This document shows, piece after piece, positions 1 through 6,492 of a stretch of DNA of 17,299 nucleotides. Numbering within the stretch: position 1 is the first letter of the stretch; each line of letters begins with the position of its first letter. The notes below the pieces were generated by a model. It did no database searches. It was not told the origin of the DNA and worked only from the letters and a program-made list of their open reading frames with translations. Source of the DNA: a virus (Duplodnaviria > Heunggongvirae > Uroviricota > Caudoviricetes); IMG/VR virus record IMGVR_UViG_2531839532_000008, positions 1 through 17,299 of that record, one strand, 5' to 3'. Both the position numbers and the translations under genes were made by a program.

Positions 1-1
1 A

Positions 2-568
2 TTAGCCTCTTATCTTGAATTCTGCTATAACTTTGCCGATGAATACAAGGTCATTAATGTTCATATCAACAATGATATTCCCATAGTTAATCTTAACTTT
101 ATTATCAGGAATTCTAATAACTTGTTTTATAGAATGCTTTCCATCAATGGAGATTAACCAATCACCATCAACTACATCTGTGAAATCCCTCTCAATAAAA
201 TAAGAGTTATTCCCGTTTGATATCACAGATGGTGATGATAAACCATCAGGAATGAACACCTTGTCAAACATTAGTGTTCCTGCATCCAATAGCACTCCAT
301 CAATCAATTTTATTTTTTGAATATTGATGATGTCAGAAGTTAAATATTCATGTTTAGGAGGTAAGCCTGTTACCAGCCACTTTATGTTTACTCCTGTTTC
401 GAGCGCGCACTGAATAACCCAATCAGAAGGGAATGAATCTCTCATGTAGCGTGTAGCAAGACTGCTTTTTGATATGCCTAGTTGTTCACATAACGCCTGT
501 CTTGTAGTGAACCCATAGGCTTCAACCATCCTTTCGATAGCTTTCTTTCCACCTTGACTAAAATCCAT
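2..568 (-). CDS. Phage immunity repressor, 186 CI-like (N-terminal HTH plus C-terminal domain)
   Basis: The ORF 2..673 translation contains MDFSQGGKKAIERMVEAYGFTTRQALCEQLGISKSSLATRYMRD...CALETGVNIKWLVTG, which resembles the N-terminal DNA-binding region of 186-type CI repressors. Start chosen at the ATG at 566-568, which has an AAGGTG ribosome-binding site just upstream; the 35 codons further upstream in the ORF are probably not translated. Divergent from a Cox/Apl-like gene. Confidence 0.78.
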   Translation of the reverse strand: MDFSQGGKKAIERMVEAYGFTTRQALCEQLGISKSSLATRYMRDSFPSDWVIQCALETGVNIKWLVTGLPPKHEYLTSDIINIQKIKLIDGVLLDAGTLMFDKVFIPDGLSSPSVISNGNNSYFIERDFTDVVDGDWLISIDGKHSIKQVIRIPDNKVKINYGNIIVDMNINDLVFIGKVIAEFKIRG

Positions 569-569
569 C

Positions 570-643
570 GATTTCACCTTGTGAACTTTATGGTTGACGA
601 TTTCAATTTGTGATCTTATAGTCGCATTGATTTCAAAATGTGA
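570..643. promoter_or_regulatory. Three direct repeats GATTTCA-N3-TGTGA (570-584, 599-613, 629-643) at 29-30 bp spacing; candidate operator set of the lysis-lysogeny switch
   Basis: Read directly: cGATTTCAcctTGTGAa, cGATTTCAattTGTGAt, tGATTTCAaaaTGTGAc. Copy 1 overlaps the repressor ribosome-binding site, copy 2 lies in the spacer of the candidate rightward promoter, copy 3 lies at its predicted transcription start. Confidence 0.55.
594..622 (+). promoter_or_regulatory. Candidate early lytic promoter (pR/Pe-like), TTGACG-17 bp-TATAGT
   Basis: Near-consensus sigma70 -35 (594-599) and -10 (617-622) hexamers with a 17 bp spacer, oriented toward the Cox/Apl-like gene that starts at 695. Confidence 0.55.
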
Positions 644-663
644 CTTACAACTGCTCGTCAATG

Positions 664-680
664 TTAAACACACTTAAACA
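664..680. promoter_or_regulatory. Tandem TTAAACA-cac-TTAAACA repeat in the early leader (cox-box-like)
   Basis: Direct repeat read in sequence between the candidate pR and the AGGAG ribosome-binding site of the Cox/Apl-like gene. Confidence 0.3.
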
Positions 681-694
681 GGAGATGTTGCCTT

Positions 695-916
695 ATGACT
701 CAGCACATTTCAATCACATTAGCTGTCCCATCCATTTCGGTTGAAAAGTACAGTGAACTCACAGGGTTATCTGTAGACACTATCAACAGTATGCTCGCAG
801 ATGGACGCCTTAAGCGGCATCGTCTTCGCAAGGATAAAAAACGTGAAAAGGTAATGATCAACATTGCAGCCATGACAGTGGATGCGCTTGCCGATTGCAA
901 TGTCGTAATCAATTGA
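695..916 (+). CDS. Cox/Apl-like small HTH protein (Cro-like switch regulator, possible excisionase)
   Basis: 73 aa ORF divergent from the repressor, with an AGGAG ribosome-binding site. Motif EKYSELTGLSVDTINSMLADGRL resembles the HTH of P2 Cox and 186 Apl. Position as first gene of the early operon matches those phages. Confidence 0.62.
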   Translation: MTQHISITLAVPSISVEKYSELTGLSVDTINSMLADGRLKRHRLRKDKKREKVMINIAAMTVDALADCNVVIN

Positions 917-948
917 TTCGATTTTGAAATAAAGGGAAGGGGCTGACT

Positions 949-975
949 ATGTTTGATTATCAAACCTCCAAACAT
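949..975. promoter_or_regulatory. Inverted repeat ATGTTTG-N13-CAAACAT (half-sites 20 bp centre to centre); candidate CII-type binding site
   Basis: Perfect 7 bp inverted half-sites at 949-955 and 969-975. I recall the 186 CII site at pE as ATGTTTG half-sites two helical turns apart, but that is from memory and not verified. Confidence 0.35.
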
Positions 976-1452
976 GCGCACTTTGATACGGCTTGCCGAG
1001 CATTTGCGATTGAGCACAACCTAGAAGATGTGGCCGCAGCCATTGGTATGAGACCACAGATCCTCCGCAACAAATTGAATCCAGCACAGCCGCACCGTTT
1101 AACCTGTGACGAGCTTTTAGCTATTACGGATTACACCGAAGATGCACGTTTACTGGATGGGATGCTGGGGCAGATTAACTGCCTTCCATCTGTACCGGTG
1201 AACAATGCCACAGAAGGCAACATGCAGTTGTGTGCACTAAGTGCCACAGCCAGTGTGGGAGCAATTGCTGGGGAAGCCGTATTAACTGGTCATATGCCCG
1301 CCGCCCGCCGTACACAAATTCTGGATCGCGCTCGCGATGCAATCCGTAGCTTATCCGTGCTGGCTTATACCGTTGAAAGCCGCATCCAGTCTGCGCCCGT
1401 TCTGGCCGCAGCGGTGGATCTGGTGACGGCTAACGCCACCGGCTTGATGTGA
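949..1452 (+). CDS. Phage CII-family regulatory protein (186 CII-like)
   Basis: 167 aa ORF immediately downstream of the Cox/Apl-like gene, with a GGGAAGGGG ribosome-binding region. Size and position match 186 CII (about 169 aa). Confidence 0.65.
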   Translation: MFDYQTSKHAHFDTACRAFAIEHNLEDVAAAIGMRPQILRNKLNPAQPHRLTCDELLAITDYTEDARLLDGMLGQINCLPSVPVNNATEGNMQLCALSATASVGAIAGEAVLTGHMPAARRTQILDRARDAIRSLSVLAYTVESRIQSAPVLAAAVDLVTANATGLM

Positions 1453-1461
1453 GGGAGCACC

Positions 1462-1635
1462 ATGAAAGCGTTTGTTACTTATCTCAAAAATGAATCACCA
1501 GCTATGCAGCTGCCAAGCGGTTCCACTGGTTGGATTGAATTGCCAAATGGCCAGCGCTGGAATCCTGGCTATATGTACAAATTCAATGGTCAGCAACCGC
1601 GCCGTCCGTGGTGGCGTCGCCTGATGGGGCTATAG
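1462..1635 (+). CDS. Small early-operon protein, 57 aa, unassigned
   Basis: Not in the supplied ORF track (below its length cutoff); read by hand as ATG 1462 to TAG 1633-1635 with a GAGGGAG ribosome-binding site 7 nt upstream. It fills the gap between the CII-like gene and the next ORF. Confidence 0.45.
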   Translation: MKAFVTYLKNESPAMQLPSGSTGWIELPNGQRWNPGYMYKFNGQQPRRPWWRRLMGL

Positions 1636-1644
1636 GGGGTTGTT

Positions 1645-2073
1645 ATGGCGATTAGTCAGGAACAGCAACAGCGCGGACTGGATCAGCTTAAAAAGATTCG
1701 CCGCAAATACTTCAATACCAGCAGTGAGGCTGCTGACTGGTGGGACAAATTAACACCGGAGTGGCGCGGGGTAGTTCTCCATGCCGCCGCTGTGAATTCT
1801 GGCTTGAGTGTCTTCAAAGCCCACTTAAGCAAATGCTGCTGGCGGGAACTGTTTGAACGTCTGGATTACCGGGCAATGATTCAGCTGCGTTGCGGCATTT
1901 CCCGCGCGCGTCTGACCATGAACGGATTCGGGTCATTGCGTGACAGTGATTTTTCTAAAAGTACCGCAAACCGTCCGATAAAGCGGGTTTATCCAATCAA
2001 TACCAATCGGGGGCCGCAAATGATTATCGCGCCTCACATCGTCCATAAGTTGCAAGAACAGGGGAATCTCTGA
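1645..2073 (+). CDS. Early-operon hypothetical protein, 142 aa
   Basis: ORF with an AGGGGG ribosome-binding site. Its stop overlaps the next start (TGATG), indicating translational coupling. No recognisable motif. Confidence 0.6.
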   Translation: MAISQEQQQRGLDQLKKIRRKYFNTSSEAADWWDKLTPEWRGVVLHAAAVNSGLSVFKAHLSKCCWRELFERLDYRAMIQLRCGISRARLTMNGFGSLRDSDFSKSTANRPIKRVYPINTNRGPQMIIAPHIVHKLQEQGNL

Positions 2074-2474
2074 TGACCATTATTTCTGTTGAAGGTAAAT
2101 CGTTAGGGGCTGAGCTGGCCGTGTGGGGAGTTCCGCATAATTACGCCGTGGCTTTTGCAGAGAAAAGCACCAGTAAAAATGGTCGTATTGCGTTACATCC
2201 GTTCTTCTTTAATGACACTGAGCACATGACTAATCCACGTCACTGGCTGGCGATCAATGCTGCTTTCTGGTGCTGCGTGTATCGCGAGGCCGAAAGCAAA
2301 GAAGCCCAGATTGAAGCGCTGGCCGGGATCCGCGCAATTTTCTATACGGCCGGGGCGCTGGGTGTTGGCGAGATTAAAGCACTGATTCAGGAGTGGTGGC
2401 GGACAACGTACGAGCTGCACCTTATTCCAGCACCGAACCATTCAGCCGTCACTGTACAACCCGCTTTTCACTAA
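2073..2474 (+). CDS. Early-operon hypothetical protein, 133 aa
   Basis: ORF whose start overlaps the stop of the upstream ORF by one base. Function unknown. Confidence 0.6.
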   Translation: MTIISVEGKSLGAELAVWGVPHNYAVAFAEKSTSKNGRIALHPFFFNDTEHMTNPRHWLAINAAFWCCVYREAESKEAQIEALAGIRAIFYTAGALGVGEIKALIQEWWRTTYELHLIPAPNHSAVTVQPAFH

Positions 2475-2493
2475 TTAACAACCTGAATTTTTT

Positions 2494-2512
2494 GGCCACA
2501 GCTTAGGTGGCC
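2494..2512 (+). other. Stem-loop GGCCAC-agcttag-GTGGCC followed by a short T-run
   Basis: 6 bp perfect stem with a 7 nt loop between two early ORFs; ttctttt lies a few nt downstream. Possible weak terminator or attenuator. Confidence 0.25.
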
Positions 2513-2541
2513 GGGGATTCTTTTGCCTTAAGGAAACCAAA

Positions 2542-2775
2542 ATGCACATGACACGTCAGGATTTACCCGCAACAAAATCAGGCACTGACCTGCTGGCCAT
2601 GCTCACTAAAGCCACGCAAGAAGGTAAAGCCGCAGTTGCTGATCTGTGTTCCACCCGCCTGGATAAGCTGGCCCCCCATGCAGCCAATGAAGGTTTAAGT
2701 GCAACGGAAATTGTTGAATTAATCCGCGAAGAAGCCGCAGCGATTTGCGGTAAAGGCGGTGCAGCATGGCAGTAA
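2542..2775 (+). CDS. Early-operon hypothetical protein, 77 aa
   Basis: ORF with an AAGGAAA ribosome-binding site. Its 3' end overlaps the start of the methyltransferase gene. Confidence 0.5.
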   Translation: MHMTRQDLPATKSGTDLLAMLTKATQEGKAAVADLCSTRLDKLAPHAANEGLSATEIVELIREEAAAICGKGGAAWQ

Positions 2776-3635
2776 AAACTCCGCTTAAGTGGGTGGGAAG
2801 CAAAGCCCGCCTTATGCCTCAGTTGCTTCCCCATCTGCCGGAAGGTAAGCGCCTGATTGAACCTTTCGCCGGTTCCTGCGCTGTCATGATGAATACGGAT
2901 TATGACGAGTATCTGATCGCTGATGTGAATCCTGATCTGGTCAATCTGTATAAGACGATGGCTTATCACACAGATGCGTTGCTTATTGAACTGGAGGCTT
3001 TGTTTTTTGCCGGTGCATTAGGCGATGAAGAAAACCGGGCAATTTTCTATTACGCAGTGCGTGATGCTTTCAACCAGTCCGGTAAATCCTTTGGTTCTGA
3101 ATCTGTGGAAGCTGCGGCGCGTTTTCTTTATCTGAACCGTCACTGCTTCAATGGTCTGTGCCGATACAATCGCCGTGGCCAGTTCAATGTTCCGTTTGGT
3201 AAGTACAAAAAAACGTACTTTCCTGCTGATGAAATACGCGCATTTGCTGAAAAAGCGAAACGCGCAACGTTCATTACTGCCCACTATTCAGAAACGCTTG
3301 ATTTGGTAAGGGACGGGCATGACGTTGTTTATTGTGATCCGCCTTACCTGACTGATACCGACAATTTCACCGCTTACCATGAGCGTGGTTTTTCGCACAT
3401 GGATCAGGGACGGCTGGCGCGTAAGTTGCGCCGCCTGGCTGAGCGTGGGATTAAGGTTGTCGCGTCAAACAGCGATCTGGAAATGGTACATTACCTGTAT
3501 GCAGGATTCGAAGCTGTACGGGTAAATGCACCGCGCAGTGTGGGTGCAGCAGCTGCAAGCCAGAAAGTTGCCGCAGAGCTGATTCTTAAGTCACCTGCAA
3601 ACCCGGCGATCGACGTTAGGGCGGTGGTGGCATGA
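2766..3635 (+). CDS. dam: DNA adenine methyltransferase, Dam family (GATC-type, D12 class N6-adenine MTase)
   Basis: Translation carries hallmark Dam motifs: LKWVGSK, EPFAGSCAV (AdoMet binding), FLYLNRHCFNGLCRYNRRGQFNVPFGKYKK and VVYCDPPY (catalytic DPPY). It aligns by eye along its length with E. coli Dam. Confidence 0.9.
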   Translation: MAVKTPLKWVGSKARLMPQLLPHLPEGKRLIEPFAGSCAVMMNTDYDEYLIADVNPDLVNLYKTMAYHTDALLIELEALFFAGALGDEENRAIFYYAVRDAFNQSGKSFGSESVEAAARFLYLNRHCFNGLCRYNRRGQFNVPFGKYKKTYFPADEIRAFAEKAKRATFITAHYSETLDLVRDGHDVVYCDPPYLTDTDNFTAYHERGFSHMDQGRLARKLRRLAERGIKVVASNSDLEMVHYLYAGFEAVRVNAPRSVGAAAASQKVAAELILKSPANPAIDVRAVVA

Positions 3636-3844
3636 TGGCGGAAATTATCACCGGCATTTATGCCTTGTTTGCCTGTTTTACTTTCGCCTTTCTCTTATGG
3701 GACGAATGTCAGGATGAATTTGATTACGATGCTGAGGATTTAGGGTTAATCACTCTGAGTGCGGTTCTCTGGCTACCGCTGGTAGCGGTCGTACTTGTGG
3801 CCTTCCTGATTGATTTCTGGGGCAAGTGGGTTAACCGTGGCTGA
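3632..3844 (+). CDS. Small hydrophobic protein, two predicted transmembrane segments, 70 aa
   Basis: The ORF overlaps the Dam stop (ATGATGG). The sequence is dominated by two hydrophobic stretches (IITGIYALFACFTFAFLLW and LITLSAVLWLPLVAVVLVAFLIDFW). Confidence 0.45.
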   Translation: MMAEIITGIYALFACFTFAFLLWDECQDEFDYDAEDLGLITLSAVLWLPLVAVVLVAFLIDFWGKWVNRG

Positions 3845-3845
3845 T

Positions 3846-5861
3846 ATGTTGGAGCCTGGCCAACACCACGCCGTCAATGCCTGGCGGCGTGAAACCTTTG
3901 CGCCTGGCACCCCGTCAGATGCGACGATCACAGAACGTCGCCTGTGGGCTGTTAACCCTCAGGATTACGAATGGCGTTCCCAGTACCTGCATGAGATACC
4001 CGACTGGTTAGCCGGGTATTTTGGCAACCGTTACGAAAAGCTGCTGTCTGGTCGTGACGGGCGTCGCCGTGCCAATACATTCCTGCGCAAGACTATCGGC
4101 GGGAATGTATTGCCACGTCTGCGCAAAGTGGCTGCACGTTACAAGCTGGCCGCTGATGCACTTGATCTTCCTTTCGGTAAGTCGCTGGAGCGACTGCCGT
4201 CACTTGACCGCCCGGACCTCAAAAAACTGGCTGGTCAGATATCTGGCTGGATTTCCCAGTCACTTTATGACTTCACCGATCAGTTTGTGGGCAGCACTGA
4301 CGATGCCGCAGAGCTGCGCCGCCGTACGCTGGAGTCTTACCGCCATTTATGCACATGTTCCCTGATGCTGAACAATCAACCGCCGTACTGGGCAGAGCAT
4401 GAAGCTAATGGCGGGCAACTGGAAACGCGTAAGGCTGAATCCGGGATTCTTCGCATGATGGCACCTGAATGGTGGTATCTGCGTCTTAAGCGAGCGCGTG
4501 ATATGCAGCGTGAGCATATGGCCATTGCCGTGGGGCAGGTACAGAAAGCCGCCAGTGCTTATGTGTCCCGTAAAACCCTGGGCGAATGGATAGACCAGAA
4601 AAAGCGGAACCTTGAGTTCTTCAAAAAGTTTGACCTCCTGAATGATGAAGGGCTGCGTATTGCGCTGGACAGCATGGTGCACCGCAGCGTTGCTAATCCG
4701 GCGATCCGTCGCTGTGAGCTAATGGTAAGAATGAGAGGATTTGAAGATATGGCCAATGAAGAAGGGCTGGCCGGTGAGTTTTACACCATCACTGCGCCAT
4801 CGCGATTCCATGCGGTACACAGCAAAGGGGGCTTTGTTTCACAGTGGGATGGCTGCACCCCGCAGGACACCCAGCGCTACTTATGCGGTGTATGGGCGAA
4901 AGCCCGCGCCGCTATTTCCCGGGCAGGTATCCATGTTTTTGGTTTTCGTGTGGTAGAGCCTCACCACGATGGCACACCGCACTGGCACATGCTGCTTTTT
5001 ATGCGTCCTGGTGACGTGGATACCGTGCGCGATATTCTTTGTTATCACGCCAGAATTACCGACTCCGAAGAACTGCAAACGCCAAACGCGCTAAAGGCAC
5101 GTTTCCATGTTGAAGCCATCGATCCCGCTAAAGGTTCGGCTACGGGTTATATCGCCAAATACATATCCAAAAATATTGATGGATTTGCGCTGGATGGTGA
5201 ACAGGACGACGAAACAGGGGAAAACCTGCGGGATATGGCCAAATCCGTTTCTGCATGGGCTTCACGGTGGCGCATTCGCCAGTTTCAGCAGATTGGTGGT
5301 GCGCCGGTGACTGTCTGGCGCGAGTTGCGCCGGTTGCGTGATCAGGTGCTGACTGACCGCCGAATGGATGCGGTTCTGGCTGCTGCTGATGTTGGGGACT
5401 GGGCTGCATACACCCAGGCGCAGGGTGGCGCACTGGTTGCCCGCCGTGATTTGGTTGTTCGTCTGGCTTATGAAATCACGGAACAGGGTAATGAATACGC
5501 AGAGGACGTGCAGCGTGTTCAGGGTGTCTATTCGCCATTGGTTCCAGATTCAGCGGTATGTACGCGCCTGGTGAAGTGGCAGAAGGTTGCGAAGTTGGCC
5601 GAAGCGCCAGCGGAGGCGGGTTTTTCTGGCGGCAACGCCGCCCCTTGGAGTTCTGTCAATAACTGTACGGAGGGGGGAACCCGCAGACGGTTAAAACTGG
5701 AATTACGCAGTCGGGGTTTTGATGGTTCCGATGAAGAAATAGCCATTCTCCTGCGGGGGAGTGGTTTGATATTTGGTCAGGGGGCACTGATTTACCGTAA
5801 CGGGCGGCTTAAAGAGACTCAAAACGAGCCATTGCAGGAGCTGTGGCCGGGGTGGTTGTAG
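3846..5861 (+). CDS. Replication initiation endonuclease, P2 gpA / 186 A family (HUH rolling-circle initiator)
   Basis: Contains the HUH metal-binding motif (GTPHWHMLLF) and a tyrosine motif (GYIAKYISKNIDG) typical of the P2 A family. Start placed at ATG 3846, one nt after the upstream stop; an in-frame ATG at 3810 and GTG at 3837 are alternatives. Confidence 0.88.
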   Translation: MLEPGQHHAVNAWRRETFAPGTPSDATITERRLWAVNPQDYEWRSQYLHEIPDWLAGYFGNRYEKLLSGRDGRRRANTFLRKTIGGNVLPRLRKVAARYKLAADALDLPFGKSLERLPSLDRPDLKKLAGQISGWISQSLYDFTDQFVGSTDDAAELRRRTLESYRHLCTCSLMLNNQPPYWAEHEANGGQLETRKAESGILRMMAPEWWYLRLKRARDMQREHMAIAVGQVQKAASAYVSRKTLGEWIDQKKRNLEFFKKFDLLNDEGLRIALDSMVHRSVANPAIRRCELMVRMRGFEDMANEEGLAGEFYTITAPSRFHAVHSKGGFVSQWDGCTPQDTQRYLCGVWAKARAAISRAGIHVFGFRVVEPHHDGTPHWHMLLFMRPGDVDTVRDILCYHARITDSEELQTPNALKARFHVEAIDPAKGSATGYIAKYISKNIDGFALDGEQDDETGENLRDMAKSVSAWASRWRIRQFQQIGGAPVTVWRELRRLRDQVLTDRRMDAVLAAADVGDWAAYTQAQGGALVARRDLVVRLAYEITEQGNEYAEDVQRVQGVYSPLVPDSAVCTRLVKWQKVAKLAEAPAEAGFSGGNAAPWSSVNNCTEGGTRRRLKLELRSRGFDGSDEEIAILLRGSGLIFGQGALIYRNGRLKETQNEPLQELWPGWL

Positions 5862-5939
5862 TGGTGTAAGTATGTGAAAGGCATTCATTTGTCAGTAGAT
5901 GGCAGGAAAAAGCACTTTCACATTTTGTGCTTAAATGTA

Positions 5940-5959
5940 TACTGTGTTTATATACAGTT
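5940..5959. promoter_or_regulatory. LexA (SOS) box TACTGTGTTTATATACAGTT
   Basis: Perfect CTGT-N8-ACAG palindrome with an AT-rich centre, matching the E. coli LexA consensus. It overlaps candidate promoter hexamers (TTGTGC ... TATATA) directed rightward. Confidence 0.75.
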
Positions 5960-5982
5960 ATTCTGTTTTTGGGAGGATGCTT

Positions 5983-6195
5983 GTGCAGGATTTGTTTTTG
6001 GAAACTATCGCATTGCAGCGGATTGCGTTGTTTACAAGGCTTATAGCTAAAAGTAATTGCACCGGCTGTGAGAAAGACATAGCACTTGCCTGGCTGAGTG
6101 AACTGACTTCAGATCTGGAAAGTAAGCTCGATGAGTATGAAAACAAAACCCCCAGTAATGGGGGCATTTCAGGCGGCGGGAGTCGTTTTCAGTAG
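5983..6195 (+). CDS. Small LexA-controlled ORF (about 70 aa); candidate SOS-inducible antirepressor by position (186 Tum locus analogue); function unknown
   Basis: ORF immediately downstream of the LexA box, with a GGGAGG ribosome-binding site 6 nt before the GTG at 5983 (in-frame ATG at 5977 is an alternative). The antisense ORF over the same DNA is a low-complexity S/L-rich frame. Its 3' end overlaps the convergent zinc-finger gene by 27 bp. Confidence 0.4.
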   Translation: MQDLFLETIALQRIALFTRLIAKSNCTGCEKDIALAWLSELTSDLESKLDEYENKTPSNGGISGGGSRFQ

Positions 6196-6492
6196 GTCTA
6201 ATGCCATCTGGCGCTGATCGGGTGAAAGTGCATTCAGTATTTTTTGCACCATCGCATCACCCGTTTTAGCGCTGGGGCTGAGAGTGTGGGAGAACGTCAG
6301 ATTCATAACAAACGTGTGGCCACACTCAACATCTGAACAGGCACAGTAAATATCGGCAATCTGCCGGTGCTTCCGGTTCGTTTTACGAATAACAGCCTTT
6401 GAGCCGCATTCCGGGCATTCGATTTTCAGAACTCGCATATTCCATGCTCCAGCTGTTAAATGATGCCTGGATTTTAGCCTGTTTCGCCTCAT
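6169..6492 (-). CDS. Ogr/Delta-family zinc-finger protein (candidate late-gene transcriptional activator)
   Basis: CPEC-x22-CSDVEC-GHTF matches the Ogr/Delta signature C-x2-C-x22-C-x4-C-x2-TF. The ATG at 6492 overlaps the portal stop (ATGA), suggesting translational coupling; an internal ATG at 6438 with a GGAG ribosome-binding site is an alternative start. Confidence 0.75.
   Translation of the reverse strand: MRRNRLKSRHHLTAGAWNMRVLKIECPECGSKAVIRKTNRKHRQIADIYCACSDVECGHTFVMNLTFSHTLSPSAKTGDAMVQKILNALSPDQRQMALDLLKTTPAA

Noticed and set aside
569-720. Leftward promoter for the repressor gene (pL/Pc)
   Set aside because: Only weak hexamer matches were found on the minus strand (for example ATCACA-17-ATAAAG). 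The promoter is probably activator-dependent or intrinsically weak, so it is not annotated.
700-1017. 105 aa minus-strand ORF spanning the Cox/Apl-like and CII-like gene starts
   Set aside because: It is antisense to two well-supported regulators. It could only reflect passage of a leftward establishment transcript, not a protein.
4021-5888. Multiple 60-115 aa ORFs on both strands within the replication initiator gene
   Set aside because: All are nested in the gene-A reading frame, which carries HUH and tyrosine motifs. None has independent support.
5895-5935. Possible cos site (GGCAGGAAAAAGCAC and an AAGCAC...GTGCTT inverted repeat) after gene A
   Set aside because: The resemblance to the P2/186 cohesive-end sequence is partial and relies on my imperfect recall of that sequence. 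It cannot be confirmed without alignment, and the inverted repeat overlaps the candidate LexA-regulated promoter, which explains it equally well.
5958-6167. 69 aa minus-strand ORF between gene A and the zinc-finger gene
   Set aside because: The translation is low-complexity and Ser/Leu-rich, typical of an antisense frame. The plus-strand ORF over the same DNA has the ribosome-binding site and sits under the LexA-controlled promoter.
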